Shown piece by piece: positions 27,886 to 38,200 of a DNA stretch of 60,363 nucleotides. Within the stretch, counting starts at the first letter, position 1; every line of letters begins with the position of its first letter. The DNA comes from Candidatus Hydrothermales bacterium. GTDB taxonomy: Bacteria > Hydrothermota > Hydrothermia > Hydrothermales > JAJRUZ01. Where the stretch lies: the NCBI GenBank assembly GCA_039630575.1, contig JBCNUW010000011.1:1-60363 (forward strand), written 5' to 3'. The notes under the pieces were generated by a model. That model saw nothing but the letters and a program-made list of their open reading frames with translations, had not been told where the DNA came from and ran no database searches. The position numbers and the translations under genes were made by a program.

Positions 27886-28302
27886 TTATTGATTAAGATA
27901 AAATAAATGACTCCTTTTAAATGTATTATTGAGATAGATCTCAACAGCCCATTCACCCTGAGGATCATAACTTCTTGTCACAACGGAAAAAATTGTTATA
28001 ACCTTTGAAGAATCTGACTGAATTAAAATGGAATCACGAGCAAAATCTCTTCCATCAGGTCTAACCCAAAAACAACTTACTTTATTTTTACCCTCCATTC
28101 CCATCCAATGAATCCACAAATTTACTGTATCACCTAAGAAAAAATTGTTTGATATACCATAAGGGTTTCCGTTAACAACTTTTGTACACAAAACACTTTC
28201 TACTATCATAGGACCCTCAGGAAATACTATCTCTCTTATAGTTTCAACCTTCCTTTGACAAAAACTAAAAAAAATGAATATAAAAATTAAAAAAAATCTC
28301 AT
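27886..28302 (-). CDS. Hypothetical lipoprotein with a predicted Ig-like beta domain
   Basis: MRFFLIFIFIFFSF-C signal; W..PDG and G.W.V.IY.N pattern. Confidence 0.65.
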   Translation of the reverse strand: MRFFLIFIFIFFSFCQRKVETIREIVFPEGPMIVESVLCTKVVNGNPYGISNNFFLGDTVNLWIHWMGMEGKNKVSCFWVRPDGRDFARDSILIQSDSSKVITIFSVVTRSYDPQGEWAVEIYLNNTFKRSHLFYLNQ

Positions 28303-28348
28303 ATTTTTAAAAATATTATAAACATAGAAAAAAAATCAAATTAAACCT

Positions 28349-28951
28349 TTAAAAAACCCTATAAGGCATCACACAATTATAAATCTTTTCTCCCCTTTTT
28401 TTCCTATAAGATGGAAGACCATCACTCTCATAAGTACAAAATTTTGAAACATCTATTTTCTTTATACCCAACCTTAAAAGTTCATAAACACATTTTCCTC
28501 TTAAATCATAAAAAAATTTACCATCTCTAAAAAAAAGAAATTGCCTGTCAAATTCCATAAACTCTTTTCCAACTTCATAACAAGAAGAACATATTGATGG
28601 ACCAATGTAGATAAATAAATCTAAAGGTTTAAAACCTGAATCTATGAATTTCTGTATACCCCTTTTTATAATTCCCTTAAATAATCCACGCCAACCCACA
28701 TGAAAAATTCCATAAAAATAGGGATTATATGTCAAAATAACAAGAGGAATACAATCAGCAGTTTTTACACACAAAACCTTACCACTGCGTGTTATAAGAC
28801 CATCTCCCTTTACACCATTTACTATGTCGAGATCTTCCACAAAAAAAACATCATTTCCGTGTATTTGTTCAAGAGAAAAATAATTTAAATGGGGTTTTTC
28901 ATTAACGAAGGCTATAAATAGATTATTTAATAACTTTTTTTTAATCATCAT
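28349..28951 (-). CDS. pgeF: YfiH/PgeF (laccase-domain, purine nucleoside phosphorylase) family protein
   Basis: QIHG, DGLIT, TADCIP, HVGWRG, IGPSI..CYEV, CT, SYR. Confidence 0.88.
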   Translation of the reverse strand: MMIKKKLLNNLFIAFVNEKPHLNYFSLEQIHGNDVFFVEDLDIVNGVKGDGLITRSGKVLCVKTADCIPLVILTYNPYFYGIFHVGWRGLFKGIIKRGIQKFIDSGFKPLDLFIYIGPSICSSCYEVGKEFMEFDRQFLFFRDGKFFYDLRGKCVYELLRLGIKKIDVSKFCTYESDGLPSYRKKRGEKIYNCVMPYRVF

Positions 28952-29486
28952 AAAGATCTTTTTCTTTTTCAGATAAAACTTTTAACATAAATTCAACATG
29001 TTCCTCCATATTAAGATTTACCTCATTCACAAAATTTTCTACAAGCTTTCTATCAACAGCTCTCGCAAAGGCTTTATCTTTCCACTTTTTCTTAAAAGTA
29101 GATAACTTTATCTCCTTAAAAGTTTTTTGAGGCATAACAAGTGAAACTGCAATAAGAAAACCTGTCAACTCATCAACTGCCACAAGAAACCTTTCAAGAT
29201 CACTTTCTCTTTTAATCTCTGGAAAAGCATGCTTTCTTATTGCCTCAATTATCTCCTTCTCAACTTTATCCTTTAAAAATTCTATAGCCCTAAAGGGATG
29301 TTCATTGGGAAACTTTTCATAATCAAGGTCATGAAAAAGCCCTGTCAAAAACCATTTATCTTTATCTTTCATAAGTTTTTCAGCATAGGCCTCCATACAA
29401 TAGGCTGTAGCGAAAAGGTGCCTCTTTAAATTCGAACTTTTAACCCACTCTTTTAATATTTTTATACCCTCTTTTCTATCTATCAT
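28941..29486 (-). CDS. HD-domain protein
   Basis: H...GLFHDLDYE, DELTGF, KDKAFARAVDR. Confidence 0.88.
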   Translation of the reverse strand: MIDRKEGIKILKEWVKSSNLKRHLFATAYCMEAYAEKLMKDKDKWFLTGLFHDLDYEKFPNEHPFRAIEFLKDKVEKEIIEAIRKHAFPEIKRESDLERFLVAVDELTGFLIAVSLVMPQKTFKEIKLSTFKKKWKDKAFARAVDRKLVENFVNEVNLNMEEHVEFMLKVLSEKEKDLYDD

Positions 29487-30934
29487 AAAAGTGATTTACC
29501 ATCTAAATCAGAGGGGATTTCAATATTAAAAAATTTTAATACTGTAGGAAAAATATCAACTATACTTGCAGTTTTGTCACCTTTTATATTCAATTTCCTC
29601 CCTTTTTGCCAAATAATAAAAATTCCCTTTGTATCATGATCACCTGTTTTCTCAGTCATAGAAGGTCCGAAAAAATTAAAGTCGGGAAAAGCAACCCATG
29701 AGGAAACATAAGAGAAATCGTCAAAGGAGTAAACAATATCGGGCATGAGATACAAATTATCACCACTATAAAGTTCTTCCTTATAAAAAATTTTTATGTT
29801 AATTTTAAACTCCCTTGATAAATCTAAAAGAGAAGACTTTATATCTTCTGCAATTCTTTCTTTTTCATTTTTATTAACAATTCCAAAAGGAAATCTACCT
29901 CTTTCGTTAATAAAAATAAATCCATAATAGCCAAAACCAAAAGCATATGTTTTTTCAAAGTCAATATCAGCATAAGAAAAACCAATCTTTGAAGCTGTTT
30001 TTCCAAAACTCTCCTTATCCCTCCTTAGAAGATTTTCAAGACCTAATCTGTAAACAATTTTAGATAACCTCAAAGGTGAAAAACCAGATTTATACATAAA
30101 TAACTTAAACGAATTTTTTAGTCCCTTTTTAAGTTTTAGAAATTTCTCCTTTAACAGAAATGAATTAACATAAAAATGACCCTTTAAATCTTGAAATCCA
30201 TGATCTGACATTATTACAAAAAGAGATCCCTCAGGCATAATCGAAATAATTTTCTCTATCTTTTCATCAATCTTTTTGTAAATAAATTCAACCTTTTCTT
30301 TATCGTCCCACAACCAGTGTTGAACATGATCAACTGTCATAAAAACTCCTAAGAAAAAATCAAATTCTTTGTTTTTTATAAGATATTCCATAACATCTCC
30401 ATGAAGATCAGTGAGTTCAACCAAATCTTCAAAAAATTTATAAGAATTTTTCTTTGAAAACTTAATATTTTCAGTTATCCTATAATTCGGAAACCTTTTC
30501 AATAACTCGTTCTTAAACTCTAAAGGATAAGTAAATTCAGAATTAATTGAGGGTGTCAAAAATCCAGAAACAAAAATACCATTTACTCTCTCAGGTGGAT
30601 AAGTAAAAGGAACAAAATAAATAATAGACTTTAACTTACGCTCAGAAAGAATGTTCCAAATCTTTTTCTGTTTCCTTAGTTTAAATGAAGAAAGTCTATA
30701 TTCAAAGTTTTCATCAAGTTCATAAAAATCCAAAATTCCATGTTTTCCTGGGTTTTTACCTGTTAAAAAGGAACTCCAGGCTGAGGGGGTAAGCGGTGGA
30801 ATTGTAGTTATAAGCTCAAACTTTTTCCCCTCATTAATAAGGTTTGAAATTGCTCTTAAACTTCCACTCCTACACAAAGGCTCTATAACTTTAAAGGTTC
30901 CACCATCAATACCAATTATACAAACAGGATTCAT
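29483..30934 (-). CDS. Alkaline phosphatase superfamily nucleotide pyrophosphatase/phosphodiesterase
   Basis: IGIDG, PPLTPSAW.SFLTGKNPGKHG, SDHGF, TGDH. Start set at ATG 30934 to avoid overlap with the divergent gene. Confidence 0.88.
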   Translation of the reverse strand: MNPVCIIGIDGGTFKVIEPLCRSGSLRAISNLINEGKKFELITTIPPLTPSAWSSFLTGKNPGKHGILDFYELDENFEYRLSSFKLRKQKKIWNILSERKLKSIIYFVPFTYPPERVNGIFVSGFLTPSINSEFTYPLEFKNELLKRFPNYRITENIKFSKKNSYKFFEDLVELTDLHGDVMEYLIKNKEFDFFLGVFMTVDHVQHWLWDDKEKVEFIYKKIDEKIEKIISIMPEGSLFVIMSDHGFQDLKGHFYVNSFLLKEKFLKLKKGLKNSFKLFMYKSGFSPLRLSKIVYRLGLENLLRRDKESFGKTASKIGFSYADIDFEKTYAFGFGYYGFIFINERGRFPFGIVNKNEKERIAEDIKSSLLDLSREFKINIKIFYKEELYSGDNLYLMPDIVYSFDDFSYVSSWVAFPDFNFFGPSMTEKTGDHDTKGIFIIWQKGRKLNIKGDKTASIVDIFPTVLKFFNIEIPSDLDGKSLL

Positions 30935-31004
30935 AGAAAATAATTTTAAATTAATTATTGTATACTTTGAAAATAAAGCAACAATTTCTATAAAATTATA
31001 AACC

Positions 31005-31700
31005 ATGAAAGAGGAAGAAAAACTCTTTCAGAAGGTAAAAGAACTTTACAATGATGGTAAGTTTTGGGAAGCACTTAGATTAATGAAAAACCTTGCCGAA
31101 AATAGAGAAAATTATGCTGATTTTCAACATTTTCTTGGCATCATTTACTATTCACTCGGTATGATAGATGAATCAATAAATCAATTTGAAAAGGCTTTAA
31201 AGATTAATCCAAACTATATTGAAGCCCATTTAAATCTTTCAATCGCTCTAAACGATAAGGGAGACTATTTGAGAGCAAAAGAACATTATGAAAAAGCTGC
31301 CCAACTTGAAAAGGAAGGACATAGGATCCCAGTCTCTTTGAGAAATAATCTGGCAAATACTTATATGAAAATTGGGGATAGCTTTTTTGAAATTGGAGAA
31401 TACGAGAGAGCAAAAGAAGAATATGAAAGAGCAATTGAGATAGCACCCTTTTTCCTTGATTTAAGAACAAAACATGCAAAAACATTGTTACAGTTAGGTG
31501 AAATAGATAAAGCAATATACTCACTTAAAGAAGTAATCCTTTTAAATCCAAAATATGAGGAAGCGAAAGTTACACTTTCGATTTGTTTTTATAAAAAGGG
31601 AGAAAAGGAAAAAGCAAAAAAAATTTTAGAAGAAGTTTTAAGAGATAATCCCTCAAATACAAAAGCAAAAACCTACTTAAAAATGTTAGAAAATGAATAG
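31005..31700 (+). CDS. Tetratricopeptide repeat protein
   Basis: Repeated LG..Y...G..DEA...F.KAL.INP.Y pattern. Confidence 0.9.
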   Translation: MKEEEKLFQKVKELYNDGKFWEALRLMKNLAENRENYADFQHFLGIIYYSLGMIDESINQFEKALKINPNYIEAHLNLSIALNDKGDYLRAKEHYEKAAQLEKEGHRIPVSLRNNLANTYMKIGDSFFEIGEYERAKEEYERAIEIAPFFLDLRTKHAKTLLQLGEIDKAIYSLKEVILLNPKYEEAKVTLSICFYKKGEKEKAKKILEEVLRDNPSNTKAKTYLKMLENE

Positions 31701-34467
31701 CGAAAAATTAAAAGAAACTTTAAATTTACCGAAAACCAGCTTCCCAATGAAAGCCTCTCTTAAAGAGAGAGAACCAGAAATACTCAAACTATGGGAGGAA
31801 AAAAGAATATATTACAAAATCCTTGAGGAAGAAAGACCTATATTCATCTTACATGATGGTCCCCCCTATTCAAATGGACATATTCATATAGGAACTGCGA
31901 TGAATAAAATTCTAAAAGATTTTATTATAAAAAGTAGAATAATAATGGGATACAAAACTCCATACATTCCAGGGTGGGACAATCATGGAATGCCTATTGA
32001 AAATGAAGTAATTAAAGAGGATAAAGAGATAAGAGATATTTTACAAAAGGATCCACTTGCTTTGAGAAGAGATGACGTAAGAAAAAATTTGAGAAAGAAA
32101 TGTGAAAACTTTGCGAGAAAATGGATGAATATACAAAGGGAAGAATTTAAAAGACTTTTATGTATAGGAGATTGGAACAATCCTTACTTTACAATGCATC
32201 CTGAGTATGAAGCAGAGGAATTGAGGATATTTGCTAAACTTGTAGAAAAAGGCTTTATAGAAAAGGGATTTATGCCACTTCACTTTTGCCCTGTCTGCAA
32301 AACAGTTCTTGCAATGGCTGAAATTGAATATAAAAATAGAAATTCACCATCTATTTACTTTTTGATGGACCCCTTAAATAAAGAGGAATTTCCAGAGGGC
32401 ACTTCTGTTCTCGTATGGACTACAACCCCCTGGACCATTATTTCAAACGTTGCATTAGCCTTTAACCCAAATTTTTACTACGGAATAATTGAATTTGACG
32501 GCAAAAAGTATTTGCTTGCACTTGAAACTTTAGAAAGAGTTAAGGAAGAATTAAAATTAAATAAATTTGAAATAATTAAGGAGTTCAGTGGAAAAGAACT
32601 TGAATACAAGAAATTTTTGCACCCCTTTTATAAAAGGGAATCCCTTGCTGTTCTTGCAGAATTTGTTGAAAGAGAAACTGGCTCAGGAATAGTTCATATT
32701 GCTCCTGGACACGGCAAAGAAGACTTTGAAGTTGGTCAAAAGTATAATTTACCTGTTCTATCTCCAATCGATGATTTAGGCAAATTTACAAGAGATGCTG
32801 AGGGATTTGAAGGAATGGATACTGAAGAAGCCTCTAAAAAAGTTGTTGAGATTTTAAAAGAAAAGGGCAAACTTTTAAAAGAAAGCTATATAACACACTC
32901 ATATCCTCATTGTTGGAGATGTAAAAGTCCTTTAATTTTTAGGGCAACAGAACAATGGTTCTTAAGAGTTGATCATTTAAACTTAAGAAAAAAAGCTCTT
33001 AAAGAGATAGAAAATGTAAAATGGATTCCAGCCCCATCAAAACAAAGTATATATAATGCTGTATTAGAAAGACCCGATTGGTGTATATCAAGACAAAGAG
33101 CTTGGGGGTTACCTATACCTGCCTTTAAATGCAGAACTTGTTCAAAAAGTTTTATCGATCATAAGTATGTGTATGAATTAGCAAATTTAGTTCAAAAGAG
33201 CGGGGCTCAGATTTTTTGGGAAGAAAATGAAATTCCTCTTCCTAAGTGTCCAAATTGTAAATCAAGTGATCTTGAAAAAGAAAGAGATGTTCTTGATGTT
33301 TGGATTGATTCAGGTGTTACTAGTTTGGTTGTCTTAAAGAATAAAAATTATCCTTGGCCATGTGATGTTTTCATAGAGGGACCAGATCAGCACAGAGGTT
33401 GGTTTAATGCTTCCTTAATGATAAGTGTCGCAATTGAAGAAAAGGCACCGTATAAAACAGTTATAACACATGGTTGGACCTTAGACGAACAGGGAAGAGC
33501 AATGCACAAATCATTAGGGAATGTTGTTTCACCACTTGAAGTAATAGAAAAGTATGGTTCAGAAATTTTAAGAGTTTGGACAGCCTTCTCTGAATATACA
33601 CAGGATGTAAGAATTTCTGACAACATTTTAAATTTAATGGTAGATAGTTACAGAAAAATAAGAAACACTTACAGATTTATTCTTGGTAATCTTTTTGATT
33701 TTGATCCTAAAAAAAACATTGTAAAAATTGAAGATATGCTTCCTCTTGATAGATATATGCTTATAAAAACTGATGAATTAAAGGAGAAAATCGTTGAATT
33801 TTATGAAGAATATGCTTTTCACAGAGCCTTTCATTTGTATCATAAATTCTGTAATGTAGATCTTTCTTCTTTTTATTTAGACATACTAAAAGATAGGCTT
33901 TATACTTTTTACTTTGATTCAAAAGAAAGGAGAAGTGCACAAAGTGCTCTTTACTACATACTTCTTGAACTTTTAAAGATGGGAGCCCCGATTTTATCTT
34001 TCACCTGTGAGGAGGCATACCAAAATCTTAAATTTAAAGAAAAAGAAAGCATATTCCATGAGATTTTAAACAAAGAGAGAAAACACAAGGATGAGAATCT
34101 ATTAGTTGAATTTGATAAAATAATAAGACTAAGGGATGTGGTTTTAAAATTACTTGAAGAGATTAGAACTTCAAAAAAGATAGGTTCATCTTTGGAGGCA
34201 GAAGTTTATTTAGAGGGAAATGATGAGGTATTAGAGAGATATTTTGAGTATTTACCGGAAATTTTTATAGTTTCACTTGTAGGAAAAGGAAAGCCAAAAA
34301 ATTACGAAGTTTCAGATAAGTTTGAAAAATTAAAAATTTATGTTAAAAGAAGTGAAGGGGCAAAATGTGAAAGGTGTTGGAGATACCTTGAAGAGGTTAA
34401 ATTAAATAAAAATGGTGTATGTAAAAGATGTGAGGAGGCTCTTATTAAATCAGGAATTTTATTATGA
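31693..34467 (+). CDS. ileS: Isoleucine--tRNA ligase (type 1)
   Basis: LHDGPPY, HIGT, PGWD.HG, WTTTPWT, WCISRQR.WG, DQHRGWF, AMHKS, C-terminal CERCW...C..C. Confidence 0.98.
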   Translation: MNSEKLKETLNLPKTSFPMKASLKEREPEILKLWEEKRIYYKILEEERPIFILHDGPPYSNGHIHIGTAMNKILKDFIIKSRIIMGYKTPYIPGWDNHGMPIENEVIKEDKEIRDILQKDPLALRRDDVRKNLRKKCENFARKWMNIQREEFKRLLCIGDWNNPYFTMHPEYEAEELRIFAKLVEKGFIEKGFMPLHFCPVCKTVLAMAEIEYKNRNSPSIYFLMDPLNKEEFPEGTSVLVWTTTPWTIISNVALAFNPNFYYGIIEFDGKKYLLALETLERVKEELKLNKFEIIKEFSGKELEYKKFLHPFYKRESLAVLAEFVERETGSGIVHIAPGHGKEDFEVGQKYNLPVLSPIDDLGKFTRDAEGFEGMDTEEASKKVVEILKEKGKLLKESYITHSYPHCWRCKSPLIFRATEQWFLRVDHLNLRKKALKEIENVKWIPAPSKQSIYNAVLERPDWCISRQRAWGLPIPAFKCRTCSKSFIDHKYVYELANLVQKSGAQIFWEENEIPLPKCPNCKSSDLEKERDVLDVWIDSGVTSLVVLKNKNYPWPCDVFIEGPDQHRGWFNASLMISVAIEEKAPYKTVITHGWTLDEQGRAMHKSLGNVVSPLEVIEKYGSEILRVWTAFSEYTQDVRISDNILNLMVDSYRKIRNTYRFILGNLFDFDPKKNIVKIEDMLPLDRYMLIKTDELKEKIVEFYEEYAFHRAFHLYHKFCNVDLSSFYLDILKDRLYTFYFDSKERRSAQSALYYILLELLKMGAPILSFTCEEAYQNLKFKEKESIFHEILNKERKHKDENLLVEFDKIIRLRDVVLKLLEEIRTSKKIGSSLEAEVYLEGNDEVLERYFEYLPEIFIVSLVGKGKPKNYEVSDKFEKLKIYVKRSEGAKCERCWRYLEEVKLNKNGVCKRCEEALIKSGILL

Positions 34468-34826
34468 ATGCAAAAGAGTTAGAAAAATTAAAAAAGAAAA
34501 TAATTGAAAAGAGGGAGAAAATAATAAAATTTATGGAGAAAGCCGAAAAAAGTGGAATGAGTTGGGCAGAAAGCGGTGAAAGAATATTCCACCATCACCT
34601 TTCTGATACTGCTACAGACGAGGAACTTAAAGAAATTGCCTTTATGAATGCTACAAGACTTAGGGAGGAATTAGCCCTTATTGAGGATGCTATATCAAGA
34701 ATAAAAGAAGGGACTTATGGTATCTGTTTAAAATGCTCAAAGCCTATATCTATAGAGAGACTAAAAGCAATACCCTATGCAAGATATTGTATTAAATGTC
34801 AAAGAGAGATAGAGGAAAGGACCTGA
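34464..34826 (+). CDS. TraR/DksA C4 zinc-finger protein
   Basis: GTYGICLKC..PI..ERL.AIP.ARYCIKC. Confidence 0.92.
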   Translation: MNAKELEKLKKKIIEKREKIIKFMEKAEKSGMSWAESGERIFHHHLSDTATDEELKEIAFMNATRLREELALIEDAISRIKEGTYGICLKCSKPISIERLKAIPYARYCIKCQREIEERT

Positions 34827-35293
34827 TAGTAATTTTAGGGAGAATCCTTTTTGCTTTTTTTATAGCTCTTTTAGCCTTTATATCTGACCAAATTACAAAA
34901 AATCTTGCTTTAAAATATCTTGAATATGGTGTTCCTCTTGAAATTTTAGGACCTTATTTTAGATTCACACTTGTTTTTAATCCCTATGGAGTTTGGGGGT
35001 TACCGATCACTAAGATTTTACCTTACGAAATTTTAGCTTTTTTTGCAATTTTTATTTTAATTTTATTTATAGCAAAGGAAGAAAATTTGCTTTATAATTT
35101 ATTCTATGGGTTAATACTTGGTGGTGCCTTAGGTAACCTTTATGATAGAATAAAAATGAAAGCAGTAGTAGATTTTATAGAGATAGGTATTTCAGAAAAC
35201 CTCCATTGGCCAATATTTAACCTCGCTGATACCTTCATCACTTTAGGAATTATAGGGATTCTTATTTTTACTTTCATAAAAAAAGATAAATGA
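34796..35293 (+). CDS. lspA: Lipoprotein signal peptidase II
   Basis: DQITK, N.YG, GGALGNLYDR, VVDFI, FNLAD. Confidence 0.95.
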   Translation: MSKRDRGKDLIVILGRILFAFFIALLAFISDQITKNLALKYLEYGVPLEILGPYFRFTLVFNPYGVWGLPITKILPYEILAFFAIFILILFIAKEENLLYNLFYGLILGGALGNLYDRIKMKAVVDFIEIGISENLHWPIFNLADTFITLGIIGILIFTFIKKDK

Positions 35294-38200
35294 TCCTAAT
35301 TTTTTTTATTTTAAATTCTCAAGCAAACTATCTTGATTCTCTTTTATTAAGTAACTTAAACAGAAGTTATATAGAGGATAGTATTAAGAATTTTGAAAAC
35401 TTCGAAATAAAATTTACCTACAGAAAAAAAAACTTAACACAAATCGAGCTGATTGATTTAGAAAATAATTCAGAAAATAAAATTGTTGAAGCTTTAAGAA
35501 ACAAACTAAAAGAGCAAATTGAAAAGAAAACCGAGCATAGAGGAACAGGACTAATACCAGATATAGTTATACCTGTTCCAATTGAACTTCCCTTTGGTCT
35601 TACTGATGAGACAAAAGTAAAGATTGGTGGTTTTCAAAACCTTTCAATGGGGGTTCAAAGAGATGAATTTAGAGCCCATTCAGCTACAACGCCTCAAGGA
35701 AGTTCAAGTCCTGGAATAAAACTTGAACAGCAGCTAAAAGTAAACGCAGAGGGTATAATAGGAGGGAAAATTCATCTTCTTTTGGATCATGACTCTCAAA
35801 GGGAAACTCAGGATTTACAAACTGTTAAGATAAGATATGAAGGAGATGAAGACGAAATTATTAAATATATTGAAGGAGGAAATCAAATAGGTACACAGGG
35901 ATCAGGTGGTCTTTTTGGAATAGCTGGAAAGTTCCAATTAGCTGCTTTCGATATTGAAGCAACAGCCTCAAGAGAAATGGGTAATCAGAAGGAGTTAGTT
36001 TTAACCAGAGGTGGAGTTATAGTGGATACCTTTAAAATTGAGGATAAAGATTTCGAAAAAAATAAATTCTTTTTAATTCCATTGGAAAGGGGTGATGAAA
36101 TCGTTATAGATTCTATTTATGTGTTCTATAATGACAACATTGAATCAAATGATACACTAATAACAAATCCTTTTAAAGGGAAGACTTTCCTCTTTGATAA
36201 ACCTGACTCTCTGAGTAACAGGGTTTTTACTTTTCAACTTCTAAAAAGAGATTCTGCATATGTAAACATTTTCTTTACAAACGTAATAAAATTAAATATT
36301 CACACTTCACAGGATTTTATTCTAGCAGCTTGCTATAAAACAAAAAATAGAGGTTGGATTGGATTTTTAAACAAATCAAATCCCTTAGATACTTCAAACA
36401 AATTCATACTCTTAAGGGAATACGCATTAAACAATTTTAAAGACCCTACCTGGAAATATATGCTTAAAAATATATACTATGTGGGTCAAATTGATTCTGC
36501 CTCTTTAAAAATTGTAAGATACAGCTCTCCCTACAACATAGAGCAAGAAAGCGGCAGAACTTTTCTAAATATACTTGGACTTGATAAAAATAATGACGGA
36601 ATTCTCGATAGGTATGTAAATTTTGGAGGAATTATAAATTTTACACCCTTTATTGATGGTTATTTATTTATACCACATTTTGAACCTTTTGCCCATGAAT
36701 CTTTGAGTGTAAAAGACACAATAATTTACAGAACTTTCTCTGAAACTGAAATTTTACAGAGGGATCACATTTACAAAATAATTACTGTAACTCGAAGAAG
36801 ACCAACGAATATAAACCTCGGTATTACAGGAATAGTGAAAAATTCTGAGGAGGTATACTTTGGAAGTGAGAGATGGGAAAATGGTAAAGATTACATAATT
36901 GACTACGAAACTGGCACAATGCAAATCCTAAACAAAGAATACCAAACAGATTTTTCAAGAGAACTAAAAATTAAGTTTAATGAAAGGGCAATTTTTCAGA
37001 CAAAGAAAAGAAGTTTTTTAAATTTAAGAGGAAATTATTCTATTTCAGAAAATTCTAACTTAAACTTTGGAATTGATTATAGAGGTGAATCAACAGCAGA
37101 TAAAAAAATAACATTTGGAGAAGAACCTAAAAGGGTCTTCCTACTCAATTCAAGTTTTAATTTTGAAAGAAATCTACCCTTTAATTTATTTTCCTTTATT
37201 CCTTGGATAGATGACGAAAAAGAATCAAAGGTAAAAGTATTAACTAAGTTTAGTCAATCCTTTCCTGATCCAAATACAAGAAATTTTGCATATCTTGATG
37301 ACATGGAATCAACATCCCTTGAAATATTTGCTGATTTGAGTAGCCATAGCTGGATTTACGGATCCTTACCGATATTCTTTAAAGACTCAACAAATGGAAA
37401 TGTAAAAACTCCTGAAGATTACTTTGAAAATAATCTAATATGGTTTGAAACTAATAAGTTTTTGTATAGGGATATTTATCCATATATTCCAGGACAACAG
37501 GGTAACAAGACAGCAAATGTGATGGAAATTATACTTGATCCAGGGATAAAACAAAGCAGAGGGTTTGCTTCACTTACTCAACTTTTATCAAGAGAAGGTA
37601 TTGATATTACCTCTTACGATTATTTAGAAGTTATTGTAAGGGGTGATAGAGGAATTATTGGTATAGATATTGCAACAGAAGTTTCAGAGGATGCTTGTTT
37701 CAGAGATATTGGAGGAAATCTTATAGGACAAGGTATAGAAAATTCTGAGGATGGCGCCAACGGTGGTTGGGAAGATGGGAAACTTCAAGCAAGTAAAGAG
37801 GACGTAGGACTTGACATGGTACCTGATGGATCACCAGGCGATGCCGGGAATGACAACTACGAACAAGGGAATATAAGTAAAATTAACGGAACAGAAGGAA
37901 ATGGAAGGCTTGACAAAGAAGATCTTGATAGTGACGGATTTAATTTAGATAAAGAAGACTGTTTCACTTATATTTTAGATTTAACTTATGGCTATTATCA
38001 GATACATAACGGTTTTAAATTTTATAAAATACCTTTAGAAAAATACTCAAAAAAGTATGGGAATCCTGAAATTATAAGAATAAAAAAAATAAGAATATTT
38101 TTTACAGAATTTCCTAAAAAAGACACAATATACTTAGCAAAAATTTCTATTACTGGAAACAAGTACATAGCTCAAGGAGTTTTCAATAATGGAAATCTTG

